Part shown: positions 30,478 through 39,431 of the stretch, piece after piece | How positions within the stretch are numbered: the stretch's first letter is position 1 | How the letters are laid out: each line of letters opens with the position of its first letter | From: Candidatus Magasanikbacteria bacterium RIFCSPHIGHO2_02_FULL_48_18 | GTDB lineage: Bacteria; Patescibacteriota; Patescibacteriia; Magasanikbacterales; UBA922 | NCBI GenBank assembly: GCA_001784285.1 | Contig: MFQC01000011.1 | Location: 67,640 to 131,639 of the forward strand | Reading direction: 5' to 3' | DNA length: 64,000 nt | Position numbers and translations under genes: made by a program | Notes under the pieces: model-generated | Seen by the model: only the letters and a program-made list of their open reading frames with translations | Told to the model about the DNA's origin: nothing | Databases searched by the model: none

Positions 30478-32114
30478 ACCGCGTAAAAAACAAAAAATAA
30501 CATGCAGGCCAAGTAACCGTAAAAAAAATAAAATAACAAACGCTCTTCAAATGGTTTTCTCAAGAGCGCCCAATAAAAAAGAACGGCAAAAAGAAAACAA
30601 AATCCTACGCCCCATAGGGTACCAATAAATAACGACGAAAGCAACACGCCAAGCGCGATAAAGATCCCGATGATTCTTTTTCCTCTCTCCAAGCCAAAGA
30701 GGACAGGAATGGTGATAATCCCCGCGCTTTTATCCCCTGCCACGTCTTTGATATCTTTTACATGAACCGCCAGGACAAGGATCCCAAAGAGGAGCCAAAA
30801 AACCGATGCCGGAAAAATGCGAAGGCGTTGCACCGGTGAAACCGCAAAAAATCCGGCAAGCACCGCAACGACGCCATTAAACGCCACAAACACATTATTC
30901 AATAAAAAATATTTTTTTATGCGAAATGGCGGCGAAGAATAGAGATAATAAACCACTTGAAACACCAATGAAAAAATAAAAAACAGATAATTGATAAGAA
31001 GCGACCCCGCGACCAAAAAACCAAATAATCCCCACGTAATCCATTGCTGTTCCATCTTTGTTATCTGGCCCGAAACAAAAGGACGATCCGGGTTCGCAAT
31101 TCTGTCGGTGTCATAATCGGCAATATCATTAATGCCAACCGCAACCCAAAAGTTTATGGCCATAAGAAAGAAAACCATCGCAATCGCCATGATATCAATA
31201 CCATTCCATGAAACACGATGAAACAGAAGAGCGGCAATCACGATACCCGTGCCTGTCCATCCTATATAATAGACAATTCTCTCCAGACGAAGATTGGTCT
31301 TCCACACGGCAAAGAGCCGCGGGCGCACCAAGCGACACACCACCGCCGCCTGTATGAAAAAAACAATCCACCACACACGGGCAAAAAATATATTAAACTG
31401 GTGTTCAAAGAGCAAGACAGCATCGAGAGGAAGCGGAGACGGCGTATGAATGGTGGAGAGCAGACTTGAAGCAAACCACGAGTGAAGAACATCCGATACA
31501 TCGGAAAACACAGAAACATCGCCAAACACAAGCGCGATAATACTGGGAAAAGAAAAATATAAAAAAAAGACGCCATACACCGACAATATCGCGGCCGCCA
31601 CGCGCCACAAACGGTTGGAAAACACCCACGCCAAAAAACCCACGCACAAAAGCACCACGACGACTTCGATGCGGATGCCGAGGGTAATTCCCGGTTCAAA
31701 CCACGGGCCAAAAAAAGTAAAAAAACTTCGAACCAATTCCGGCCCGGTTTGAAACAGGTACGCCTGGCCCCACCCTCTCCCGGCCGTATACAGCAAATCA
31801 ATCCAGGGCGGCAAGAGAATAAGCGGAAAAAGAAAAACCCATGCTTTGAGCAACAGGGGAAGCGCGATCCTGGTATAGGCGTGAACCGCCAAAATCAACG
31901 AAAAAGAAATCGCCAGATAAAAAAGCGGATAATGAAGAAAGGTGGTGAGCCACGACGTATACATGCCGGACGCATGAGGACTGGAATAATTTTCAAAAAA
32001 AACGCGCAAAAATATCACACCGGCGATAGATCCAATATATTGGAGAGGGACCACGCGGACGCGCTCAAGATAACGAACAAAAACAAAAAATCTTTGCCAC
32101 ATATTTTGAAACAT
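30474..32114 (-). CDS. UbiA-family prenyltransferase with extra N-terminal membrane domain
   Basis: NDIADYDTDRIANPDRP, YSSPPFRIK, KDIKDVAGD in the C-terminal half. Confidence 0.85.
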   Translation of the reverse strand: MFQNMWQRFFVFVRYLERVRVVPLQYIGSIAGVIFLRVFFENYSSPHASGMYTSWLTTFLHYPLFYLAISFSLILAVHAYTRIALPLLLKAWVFLFPLILLPPWIDLLYTAGRGWGQAYLFQTGPELVRSFFTFFGPWFEPGITLGIRIEVVVVLLCVGFLAWVFSNRLWRVAAAILSVYGVFFLYFSFPSIIALVFGDVSVFSDVSDVLHSWFASSLLSTIHTPSPLPLDAVLLFEHQFNIFFARVWWIVFFIQAAVVCRLVRPRLFAVWKTNLRLERIVYYIGWTGTGIVIAALLFHRVSWNGIDIMAIAMVFFLMAINFWVAVGINDIADYDTDRIANPDRPFVSGQITKMEQQWITWGLFGFLVAGSLLINYLFFIFSLVFQVVYYLYSSPPFRIKKYFLLNNVFVAFNGVVAVLAGFFAVSPVQRLRIFPASVFWLLFGILVLAVHVKDIKDVAGDKSAGIITIPVLFGLERGKRIIGIFIALGVLLSSLFIGTLWGVGFCFLFAVLFYWALLRKPFEERLLFYFFYGYLACMLFFVFYAV

Positions 32115-32148
32115 GCTGTTATTCTTTTTTTGGTAAGGTTTTTATATG

Positions 32149-33294
32149 TTATGGATTGCGCGACTCAAAAGAAGGCCGGGCGTGGTACCACCATGCGGCA
32201 AGCATGGTCGTGATCGGAACGGCAAAAATAAGAGTAATACTCCCGACCAAAATCCGGATGACTTCTTCCAAAATGATTTCGCTATTTAATGTAACCCACA
32301 AAGGTCGCTCATAGATGTAAAAAAGGAGCAAGAGAGGAAACGACGCGCCCGTATACGCCAGCGCAAGGGTGTTGACCAAAGAAACAATATGCTCACGGCC
32401 AACCGATAATCCGCGCTGATACAATTCGGTAAATCCAAGCGACGTATTTGCACGATGAATTTCTTCGACCGTTGCCGCCTGAGCGGTGGTCACATCGTCC
32501 AAAACGCCGAGGACGCCAAGCATGATCCCAGCCAGAAGAATGCCTCGAAGGTCAATATGCTCAATGGGAGCAAATTGCAGAAAAAATGCCTCTTCTGTCC
32601 CAAAACCAAACAGATGCGACGCCCGCACAAAGAGAGTTGCAAAAAGAAACGATAAACCAATGGTGATAAGCGTGCTCACAAATGCAATCGAGGTCCGCAT
32701 GCGAAATCCATGAGCGATATATAAAGAAATAGTTGCAATAAGAAGCACGCCCACCATGCTCGCCAAGACCGGACTCGACCCTCCCACAATCTTTTCAACA
32801 ATAACAAAAAAAAGAAGAAAGAAACTGATCGCAAGGCCGAGAAACGCACGAATGCCTTGCCACCGAGCAAAATACACGGTCAGGAGAAAAAACACTCCCA
32901 CAATCCACCACACCGCATTGAGGCGGTACACATCGCTTACATAAAATAATGGCTCCCCATCAATAGGGATTTGTTTTCCAATGACCAAACGACGACCAGG
33001 AAGAAGTTTTCGCGCCTCAATGTTGTTTTCATGCACCTCATACGGCAAAGAAAGACGTTTGCCGATATCCGGCCCGCTTGTTACTTCAACAGAGAGATAT
33101 TGGATAAACAAAGGCGCGCCAAATTCGTCTTGTATTTCTTCTTTTTCAACCGCAATCACTTTTCCTTTATAAAATTCATCCTCAACCAGGCGAGGGGCCT
33201 CCCCATTGTCTTCTTGCGCAAAAAAAACAGCCGGGTAAAAAAACAACCCCATAGAGAAAATAACAAAGAATACGCGAAAGGCAACAAATTTCAT
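32149..33294 (-). CDS. YibE/F family membrane protein
   Basis: GVLGVLDDVTTAQ, SLVNTLALAYTGASFP. Confidence 0.9.
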   Translation of the reverse strand: MKFVAFRVFFVIFSMGLFFYPAVFFAQEDNGEAPRLVEDEFYKGKVIAVEKEEIQDEFGAPLFIQYLSVEVTSGPDIGKRLSLPYEVHENNIEARKLLPGRRLVIGKQIPIDGEPLFYVSDVYRLNAVWWIVGVFFLLTVYFARWQGIRAFLGLAISFFLLFFVIVEKIVGGSSPVLASMVGVLLIATISLYIAHGFRMRTSIAFVSTLITIGLSFLFATLFVRASHLFGFGTEEAFFLQFAPIEHIDLRGILLAGIMLGVLGVLDDVTTAQAATVEEIHRANTSLGFTELYQRGLSVGREHIVSLVNTLALAYTGASFPLLLLFYIYERPLWVTLNSEIILEEVIRILVGSITLIFAVPITTMLAAWWYHARPSFESRNP

Positions 33295-33308
33295 GACAAT
33301 TATTAAGT

Positions 33309-33370
33309 TGGTCGGGGTAACACGACTTGAACGTGCGGCCTCCCCGATTGCGATCGGGGCGCGCTACCAA
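33309..33370 (-). pseudogene. tRNA-Pro-like remnant lacking the 5' acceptor and D-stem strand, with a replaced anticodon arm
   Basis: TTGGTAGCGCG-CCCCGATCGCAATCGGGG-AGGCC-GCACG TTCAAGT CGTGT-TACCCCG-A-CCA. Confidence 0.7.
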
Positions 33371-33381
33371 GTAACAATAGG

Positions 33382-33454
33382 TCGGGCTAGGCAGACTCGA
33401 ACTGCCGGCCTCATCGTCCCGAACGATGCGCGCTACCAACTGCGCTATAGCCCG
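33382..33454 (-). tRNA. tRNA-Pro(CGG)
   Basis: Full cloverleaf: CGGGCTA/TAGCCCG acceptor, anticodon loop TTCGGGA, T-loop TTCGAGT. Confidence 0.95.
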
Positions 33455-33458
33455 ATTG

Positions 33459-33531
33459 TCGGGGTGACACGGCTTGAACGTGCGACCTCATGACCCCCAG
33501 CCATGCGCTCTACCAACTGAGCTACACCCCG
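33459..33531 (-). tRNA. tRNA-Pro(GGG)
   Basis: Full cloverleaf: CGGGGTG/CACCCCG acceptor, anticodon loop CTGGGGG, T-loop TTCAAGC. Confidence 0.95.
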
Positions 33532-33568
33532 TTGTACGACAATTGTCCGCCAGGATTGTACCAACAAT

Positions 33569-33607
33569 CCGGACAAAAAACAACCCTTACGGGCTGTATC
33601 TGTCCGG
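33569..33607 (-). terminator. Long hairpin or terminator upstream of the tRNA-Pro pair
   Basis: CCGGACA...ACAGCCC-GTAA-GGGTTGT-TTTT-TGTCCGG on the minus strand. Confidence 0.5.
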
Positions 33608-33912
33608 TAAAAACCGAGAAGACCCTTGGGTAGAACAGCGCTATCACCATCCCTGAATATCGAAGTGGGTAACCGCAAGACATATTTCCGGACAAACCAG
33701 CAAATATGCCATAATATGAGTTTCCCTATGATGATAGTTGTAGAATGAGATATTGCTGTTCTCAAGGATCCAATGCCAGTATATACCAATCAAAAATTCG
33801 TTGTCAATCATCCACTCTATACGCAACCCGTGTTTCGCAGAGAGCGGAAGTCCTTTTGCATGCCCCCCGAATCAAGCCTCCTCGCTCGATCATGCAAAAG
33901 TGCTTCCTCCTT

Positions 33913-34089
33913 TTATCGGGAGACAGATCGCCGGACCTTCCGGCTGTCCGTCTCTCCGGATTCTTTTTTTGCCCTCTGTGCGGCGGTTCCCGTCTTTTTG
34001 TCGTGACGGGAAAAACCGCACTCCGGACAAATATCTCCATTCTTTTTTTTGAATGCCCACTCACAGCGCGGGCAAAACTTTTCGCACAT
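33913..34089 (-). CDS. Small zinc-ribbon-like protein (58 aa)
   Basis: Strong SD GGAGGAG just before ATG; CPRC...CPEC with a basic tail. Confidence 0.6.
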   Translation of the reverse strand: MCEKFCPRCEWAFKKKNGDICPECGFSRHDKKTGTAAQRAKKESGETDSRKVRRSVSR

Positions 34090-34162
34090 AGCTCCTCCTC
34101 CGAGGTCGAAAGAAAAACGAAACCGTTCATTTCCCTTTTTTATCTGAGGAAGTAAAATTCTT

Positions 34163-34272
34163 ATGGAGCCCACCCCGCTGAGCGGGGTGGTACCAGTTGC
34201 CACCGCCCCGTGGGGCGGAATCCGCCAACCCACCGACTCCACGGCTGAAACCGTGGTATCATTTGGTGGATG
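34163..34272. repeat. ~110-bp triple-hairpin dispersed repeat, copy 2
   Basis: Same orientation as 20859-20969, with about 8 substitutions and a 1-nt indel. Confidence 0.9.
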
Positions 34273-34277
34273 AAACA

Positions 34278-34304
34278 AAACACCCCGCTGATGTTGGGGT
34301 GTTT
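34278..34304 (-). terminator. Intrinsic terminator-like hairpin
   Basis: AAACACCCC-9 nt-GGGGTGTTT followed by a T-rich tail on the minus strand. Confidence 0.55.
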
Positions 34305-34622
34305 ACTCTTTTGTTGGATGATGTTGCAGATTATTTTTTGCATTCGCATTCGCATTCTCCGCCACAGGCTCCTCCTCCGCAACAATGATCATCTTCTTCC
34401 TCTTCGGATTCTGACTCTTTTGAGTAAACAACCCCGTTTGGGTGTGTGGTATAGGTAAAAGCATTTGGGCATACCACAACATTCCCCAAAAAAAAGAGGG
34501 GGTTGAGAATGGTTTGAATGTATTGTTTCACCAGCGAGATCATAGAAAAAAGAATGGCTGTATAGTTGAATCTACTCTACGCGACAAAGACAAAACGGTC
34601 AAGGGCCTTATCCACAAGGAAT

Positions 34623-35102
34623 TTATGCCAGTTCGTCTTCCATATACACATGGAGCCACTCTGTTTTGTCGTACTCAAACAGTTCGTTTGGTTCAAAAAA
34701 TCGTGTTACTTCTTGCCGCGCAGTCTCGACAGAATCGGAACAATGAACCACATTGCACATACCCATGGCAAGATCTCCCCGAATGGTTCCCGCGTCTGCC
34801 TTGGCGGCATTTGTCACGCCGGAAATAAGACGAACCGCGGCAACGGCGTCTTTTCCTTCGGCGCATATCACAACGACCGGGCTTGATTGCATAAACACCT
34901 GAAGCCCCGAATAAAATGGTTTTTCCACATGATGTGCATAATGCTCGCGAAGCTTTTCTTCGCTCAAAAGCACCATTTTAAGGCCGACAACTTTCATGCC
35001 TTTCATTTCGAGCCGTTTTATAACTTCTCCAACCAAACCGCGCTGGACGCCGTCCGGTTTGACAATGAGAATAGTTTTTTCGTAGACGCCCTCAAAATTC
35101 AT
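34623..35102 (-). CDS. ndk: Nucleoside diphosphate kinase
   Basis: IVKPDGVQRGLVGEVI, GTIRGD, NVVHCSDS. Confidence 0.96.
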   Translation of the reverse strand: MNFEGVYEKTILIVKPDGVQRGLVGEVIKRLEMKGMKVVGLKMVLLSEEKLREHYAHHVEKPFYSGLQVFMQSSPVVVICAEGKDAVAAVRLISGVTNAAKADAGTIRGDLAMGMCNVVHCSDSVETARQEVTRFFEPNELFEYDKTEWLHVYMEDELA

Positions 35103-35136
35103 ACGAAAAAGAAGTTAAAAAATAAAATATGATGTC

Positions 35137-35165
35137 AGTATAGAGGGAAAAAACCCATTTGTCAA
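35137..35165 (-). promoter_or_regulatory. Sigma70 promoter of ndk
   Basis: TTGACA-17 nt-TATACT on the minus strand. Confidence 0.8.
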
Positions 35166-35170
35166 GGCAT

Positions 35171-35443
35171 TTTGAGCAACTCTCTATTCTGAATATATTT
35201 GTGATCATGCCGTTGACGTTTTTGGGCGGCGTATTCAATTCTATTTCCATGTTGCCAGAAACCGCCCAAACGTTTGCCCGATTTAATCCTTTCTTCTATT
35301 TTGTCGATGGCCTGCGGTACTCCATGATTGGCATTCAAGAAGCCAACCTCTGGGTAGGAGTCGGCATAATCATCGGACTCATTCTCGTGTTTGGCGCCTG
35401 GGTCTGGTATCTGTTTCACATTGGGTGGCGCTTGCGGGCATGA
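35171..35443 (+). pseudogene. C-terminal fragment of an ABC-2 (YadH-like) permease
   Basis: PLTFLGGVFNSISMLP...FNPFFYFVDGLRYSMIG; no room upstream for the N-terminal two-thirds. Confidence 0.8.
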
Positions 35444-35502
35444 ATATGGAGCCTATCAAAATCGTGAAAAAGTAAGAAATAATTATATTTTTCACGGTTT
35501 TA

Positions 35503-35531
35503 TTGACAAAATCGTAAAAAAAATATATGCT
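35503..35531 (+). promoter_or_regulatory. Sigma70 promoter of the fic gene (near-leaderless)
   Basis: TTGACA-17 nt-TATGCT with ATG 8 nt downstream. Confidence 0.65.
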
Positions 35532-35539
35532 AAAAACAT

Positions 35540-36412
35540 ATGGCAAAAATACCTGCTATCTATAGAAAAATTAACTCACTACGCGAGCGATATTGGGCGG
35601 TGTCTGTAGGCAAGGAGGCTCTTTTGACGTTGCTCTCTGAAGCCGAAGTGCCAGAGCAGGTGTATAATTCCAATGCGATTGAAAATAGCACTCTGACACT
35701 TGAGGAAACGGAAAAAATATTGCTCCAGATCGATCTCGATCGTTATATTTCAGAGCGGGAAATTTTTGAAGCAAAAAATCTCGCCCGTGTGGTTTTGTAT
35801 ATCAATACAAAAGCAAAAGAACAAGAATTCACGATCGATCGGATACTCTTGCTCCACAAAATGCTCATGGGAAATATTCGAGAAGAAATAGCCGGACGAT
35901 TTCGAAAAGACGGCGAATGGGTGCGTGTTGGTAGTTATATCGCAGTTGATCCCCAAAAAATTACTGAGAGGCTGGAAAACATGTTTGCAAAGTATCAGGC
36001 GACCAGCCCCGCACACATCATCAAACGAATCGCCGAATTACATCTTACGTTTGAATATATTCATCCATTTGTTGATGGCAATGGACGAATTGGTCGGGTA
36101 ATCAATAATTATTTTTTGATTCGCGAAGGATTTGTGCCAATCAATATTAAGTTTATAGATCGCAAACAGTATTATGAAGCATTCAAAGAATTTGACACTA
36201 GTGGAGCAACACGCATTATGGAAGAGATTGTTGGAAAAGCCTTAACCAATAGTTACCACAAGCGATTGGCATATCTTGAAGGAAAGAAAATCGTGAGTCT
36301 GAAAGAATTTGCCACGGTGAAAAAAATGTCACATTCTAACGCAATCAATAAAGCCAATCGACAAACCCTTGAAGCGTTTCTAGAAAAAGATGAGTGGAAG
36401 ATTGGATTGTGA
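35540..36412 (+). CDS. Fic family protein (class II-like)
   Basis: HPFVDGNGRIGR catalytic motif; N-terminal SNAIEN inhibitory motif. Confidence 0.93.
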   Translation: MAKIPAIYRKINSLRERYWAVSVGKEALLTLLSEAEVPEQVYNSNAIENSTLTLEETEKILLQIDLDRYISEREIFEAKNLARVVLYINTKAKEQEFTIDRILLLHKMLMGNIREEIAGRFRKDGEWVRVGSYIAVDPQKITERLENMFAKYQATSPAHIIKRIAELHLTFEYIHPFVDGNGRIGRVINNYFLIREGFVPINIKFIDRKQYYEAFKEFDTSGATRIMEEIVGKALTNSYHKRLAYLEGKKIVSLKEFATVKKMSHSNAINKANRQTLEAFLEKDEWKIGL

Positions 36413-36437
36413 ATAGTCAAAGTTCCACCACCAAGGT

Positions 36438-37076
36438 ATGCATTCCACATTTGAAGAAAAAAATAAAATATTCTTTGATCGTCACGCGGTTCGATACGAC
36501 AATGCGCTCGGCCGTTTTTTCTATTTCGATCATTTATACAAACGAGCGATGGAAATTATAGAAAAATACGTTCAAGAAAAGTTAAGGCAGAGGATACAAG
36601 TCGCCGATATTCCATGTGGCACCGGAGAGATGATCTTTCGACTCGCAAAAAAACATTCTACCTCGCAATTTGTTGGCGTTGATTTGAGCAAAAAAATGAT
36701 TGAAAAAGCAAAACAAAAATGTGCGGAGTTCACAAACACATCATTTCATATTGCCTCCGTAAATGCACTGCCGATTGAAACCGAGAGGATTGACCTTCTT
36801 CTGTGCATGGAAGCCTTTCATCACTTTGAAGATCCACATATAGCTCTTGAAGAGTTCAGACGAGTGATGAAACCAGATGCAACGCTTCTTCTTGTCGATC
36901 CTGCTTTCAACCGACACATCTGGAAACAATTAGCACGGAAAATAGTACGTCCGCTTGAATTCGCGCATGATTATTATTCAACAGATGAACTGCAGACTCT
37001 TCTCACGCAACACAAATTTTCGATAGAATCAAAAGAGGTATATTGGTTAAATTCGTTTGTGACGGCGAAAAAGTAA
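36438..37076 (+). CDS. Class I SAM methyltransferase
   Basis: DIPCGTG, GVDLS, EAFHHF, RVMKP. Confidence 0.85.
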   Translation: MHSTFEEKNKIFFDRHAVRYDNALGRFFYFDHLYKRAMEIIEKYVQEKLRQRIQVADIPCGTGEMIFRLAKKHSTSQFVGVDLSKKMIEKAKQKCAEFTNTSFHIASVNALPIETERIDLLLCMEAFHHFEDPHIALEEFRRVMKPDATLLLVDPAFNRHIWKQLARKIVRPLEFAHDYYSTDELQTLLTQHKFSIESKEVYWLNSFVTAKK

Positions 37077-37095
37077 AAAATCTGTTTGTATCATT

Positions 37096-39207
37096 TTACA
37101 AATCATTAATCTCTTTCAAAAACCCTTTTCGTGGTTTTGTATCATCACACGGTTCGTAGACAATGTCGTCCACAGCATCGCTCGGATCGGAAAAAACCAG
37201 TCCGTTCGGAACATCGACAAGGCCTTGATGATCTACCAAATCAACATCAATTTCATCCAAAAACACGCTTGGGCCTTGTAAAAAAGATGACCGGCTTCCG
37301 GAAAGCGGATAGGTAAAATACAATAATTTTTTTGCGCGCGTAATGGCAACATAAAACAAACGACGCTCTTCTTCAATTCCTTTTTCTTCACGCGCCGCGC
37401 GTTCATTCGGAAATTGTCCGTTTGACACATTAAGGATAAACACGGTTTCCCATTCCAAGCCTTTTGCTTGATGCACAGTAGACAAAATCAATTTTTCTTC
37501 TTCATGCGCCGTGTGCGCGCCGGCGACCCCGCGATAACTTTCTTGCAGGCTTGCTTCTGCCAAAAATTGATTCAGATTTGTTTCACGTTCGGCAAACACA
37601 GCCAATTGCTCAATATCTTGCAATCGTTCGCGCGCGTCATCATATTCATATTCAAGATATTCCGCATATTTTGATTGCATAAGCGCGTGGATAAGCCCGG
37701 CCGGCGTCCCGTCTGCCGCGCATAGAGCGCCCCAGATACCCAAAAAGTCGATCCAGCCAACCTGCCCGCGCGCGGATAACACCGACCCCAAATGACGGTA
37801 CGCATCCCTCGGACGGGATAGTTCCGGAACGGACCCTCCATTCGGAAAAACGTCCACTTCGGTTTCAAGGCCGGCTGTCGTGTTTTTGCGTGCCGCATGC
37901 ACACGACGAATTTCGGCAATAAGCGTCTCAGCGCTTGCCGGTCCAATACCTACCTGCATCCGGAGCACCCGGCTCCATGCGATTGCGTCATCCGGATTAT
38001 GAACAATTCGCAGATATGCGAGCACGTCTTTCATGTGCGCACGCTCAAAAAAACGAACCCCGCCGCGATACTCATACGGGATATCGCGTTTGGTGAGTTC
38101 CATTTCCAGCGCCTGCGAATGATGCGCCGCGCGAAAAAGAACCGCGATTTCGTTCAACGGCACGCCCTCGTCTCTCAACTCAAGAATGGTCTCGGCAATA
38201 TATTCCCCTTCTTCCAGCTCATCGGCAAAGGCATGAATTTCCGGCTTTACGGACCGACCCAAAGGGCTGTGCAGGATTTTTTGATATTGCGCTCGATTAT
38301 TTTGTATGACGCTGTTGGCCACATCCAAAATGTCTGGCGTTGAGCGATAATTGGTCTCGAGGCGAAAAATTTTTGCGTTTGGGTATGTTTGTTCAAATCG
38401 TAAAATATGTTCGATATTTGCCGCCCGAAACGAATAAATGCTTTGCGCGTCGTCGCCGACGACAAACACATTCTTGTGTTTTGACGAGAGCAATCGGATA
38501 AGCGACGCTTGAATGGTATTGGTATCCTGATATTCATCAACCAAGATATATGCAAATTGATTCGAGAGCGTATCTCGAACCCGATCCGACTTCAAGAGAA
38601 GCACATGAAAAAAAACCAAAAGGTCATCAAAATCCATGGCATTCGCATCGCGTTTTCGTTTGGCATACTCTTCCGCGATGCGCTCAATGATTTCCGCGAG
38701 GTCAATCCAGGACGGATATTTTGCATCAAGGACATCGGCAATGGGCAACTCGGCGTTTCGCGCGTAACTCACGATGGACTGAATCACTGCCGCCGATGGA
38801 AAACGGCGCTGTTTTCGATCAACTCCTTCTTGTTTGAGGCACAGAGCAAATAAATCTCTGCTATCCTCGCTGTCAAGAATGCTGATAGTGTTGGCAAAGC
38901 CAAGAAGCGGCGCGTACCGACGAAGCATACGATACGCAATATGATGAAATGTGCCGGACCACGGAAGATGAACCTCTGAAGAAACCAATGTCTGCAATCG
39001 TTGGCCCATTTCTTTTGCCGCTTTGTTGGTAAATGTCACCAAAAGAATATGGTTCGGATCGATACCCTTTTCCAAAAGATACGCCACGCGATGGATAATG
39101 GTTCGAGTTTTGCCGCTTCCCGCACCCGCCAAAATAAGACACGGGCCGTCGCCATGAAGGACCGCGTCTTGTTGCTGAGTATTGAGAGAAGATACATTAT
39201 GAGACAT
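37096..39207 (-). CDS. UvrD/PcrA-family ATP-dependent helicase
   Basis: AGAGSGKT, TFTNKAA, VDEYQD, GDDAQSIY, NYRS, HQAKGLE, EERRLFYVAITRA. Confidence 0.95.
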   Translation of the reverse strand: MSHNVSSLNTQQQDAVLHGDGPCLILAGAGSGKTRTIIHRVAYLLEKGIDPNHILLVTFTNKAAKEMGQRLQTLVSSEVHLPWSGTFHHIAYRMLRRYAPLLGFANTISILDSEDSRDLFALCLKQEGVDRKQRRFPSAAVIQSIVSYARNAELPIADVLDAKYPSWIDLAEIIERIAEEYAKRKRDANAMDFDDLLVFFHVLLLKSDRVRDTLSNQFAYILVDEYQDTNTIQASLIRLLSSKHKNVFVVGDDAQSIYSFRAANIEHILRFEQTYPNAKIFRLETNYRSTPDILDVANSVIQNNRAQYQKILHSPLGRSVKPEIHAFADELEEGEYIAETILELRDEGVPLNEIAVLFRAAHHSQALEMELTKRDIPYEYRGGVRFFERAHMKDVLAYLRIVHNPDDAIAWSRVLRMQVGIGPASAETLIAEIRRVHAARKNTTAGLETEVDVFPNGGSVPELSRPRDAYRHLGSVLSARGQVGWIDFLGIWGALCAADGTPAGLIHALMQSKYAEYLEYEYDDARERLQDIEQLAVFAERETNLNQFLAEASLQESYRGVAGAHTAHEEEKLILSTVHQAKGLEWETVFILNVSNGQFPNERAAREEKGIEEERRLFYVAITRAKKLLYFTYPLSGSRSSFLQGPSVFLDEIDVDLVDHQGLVDVPNGLVFSDPSDAVDDIVYEPCDDTKPRKGFLKEINDL

Positions 39208-39240
39208 AATTCCCGTATTCTACCACACCAACAAATCCAA

Positions 39241-39268
39241 ACAAAAACACAACCGCGTCGGTTGTGTC
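39241..39268 (-). terminator. Intrinsic terminator downstream of the putative ncRNA
   Basis: GACACAACC-GACGC-GGTTGTGTT-TTTGTTT on the minus strand. Confidence 0.7.
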
Positions 39269-39292
39269 ATTATGTATAAAAACGAAGGGAAC

Positions 39293-39425
39293 GCGCGGGT
39301 TTGCGTTACCGACTGGAGCATTTGAACAGCGCAAGCGCTGTCCAACACGGCGTCAGGGAGACCCCTGTCCGATCTCCCGAGGAGGGACACCGGGGCTTCC
39401 ACAGCCAAATGCCGCAAACCCGCGC
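39293..39425 (-). ncRNA. Unassigned structured ncRNA (~133 nt; possibly 6S-like)
   Basis: Perfect 13-bp closing stem, two internal hairpins, G-U pairs favouring the minus strand, flanking promoter and terminator. Confidence 0.7.
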
Positions 39426-39431
39426 ACCAAA

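Noticed and set aside
33182..33789. Several ORFs spanning the tRNA-Pro genes
   Set aside because: They overlap well-formed tRNAs
39293..39425. Assignment as SRP RNA, RNase P RNA or tmRNA
   Set aside because: No SRP domain IV motif, no GGAAAGUC P4 signature, no tRNA-like ends
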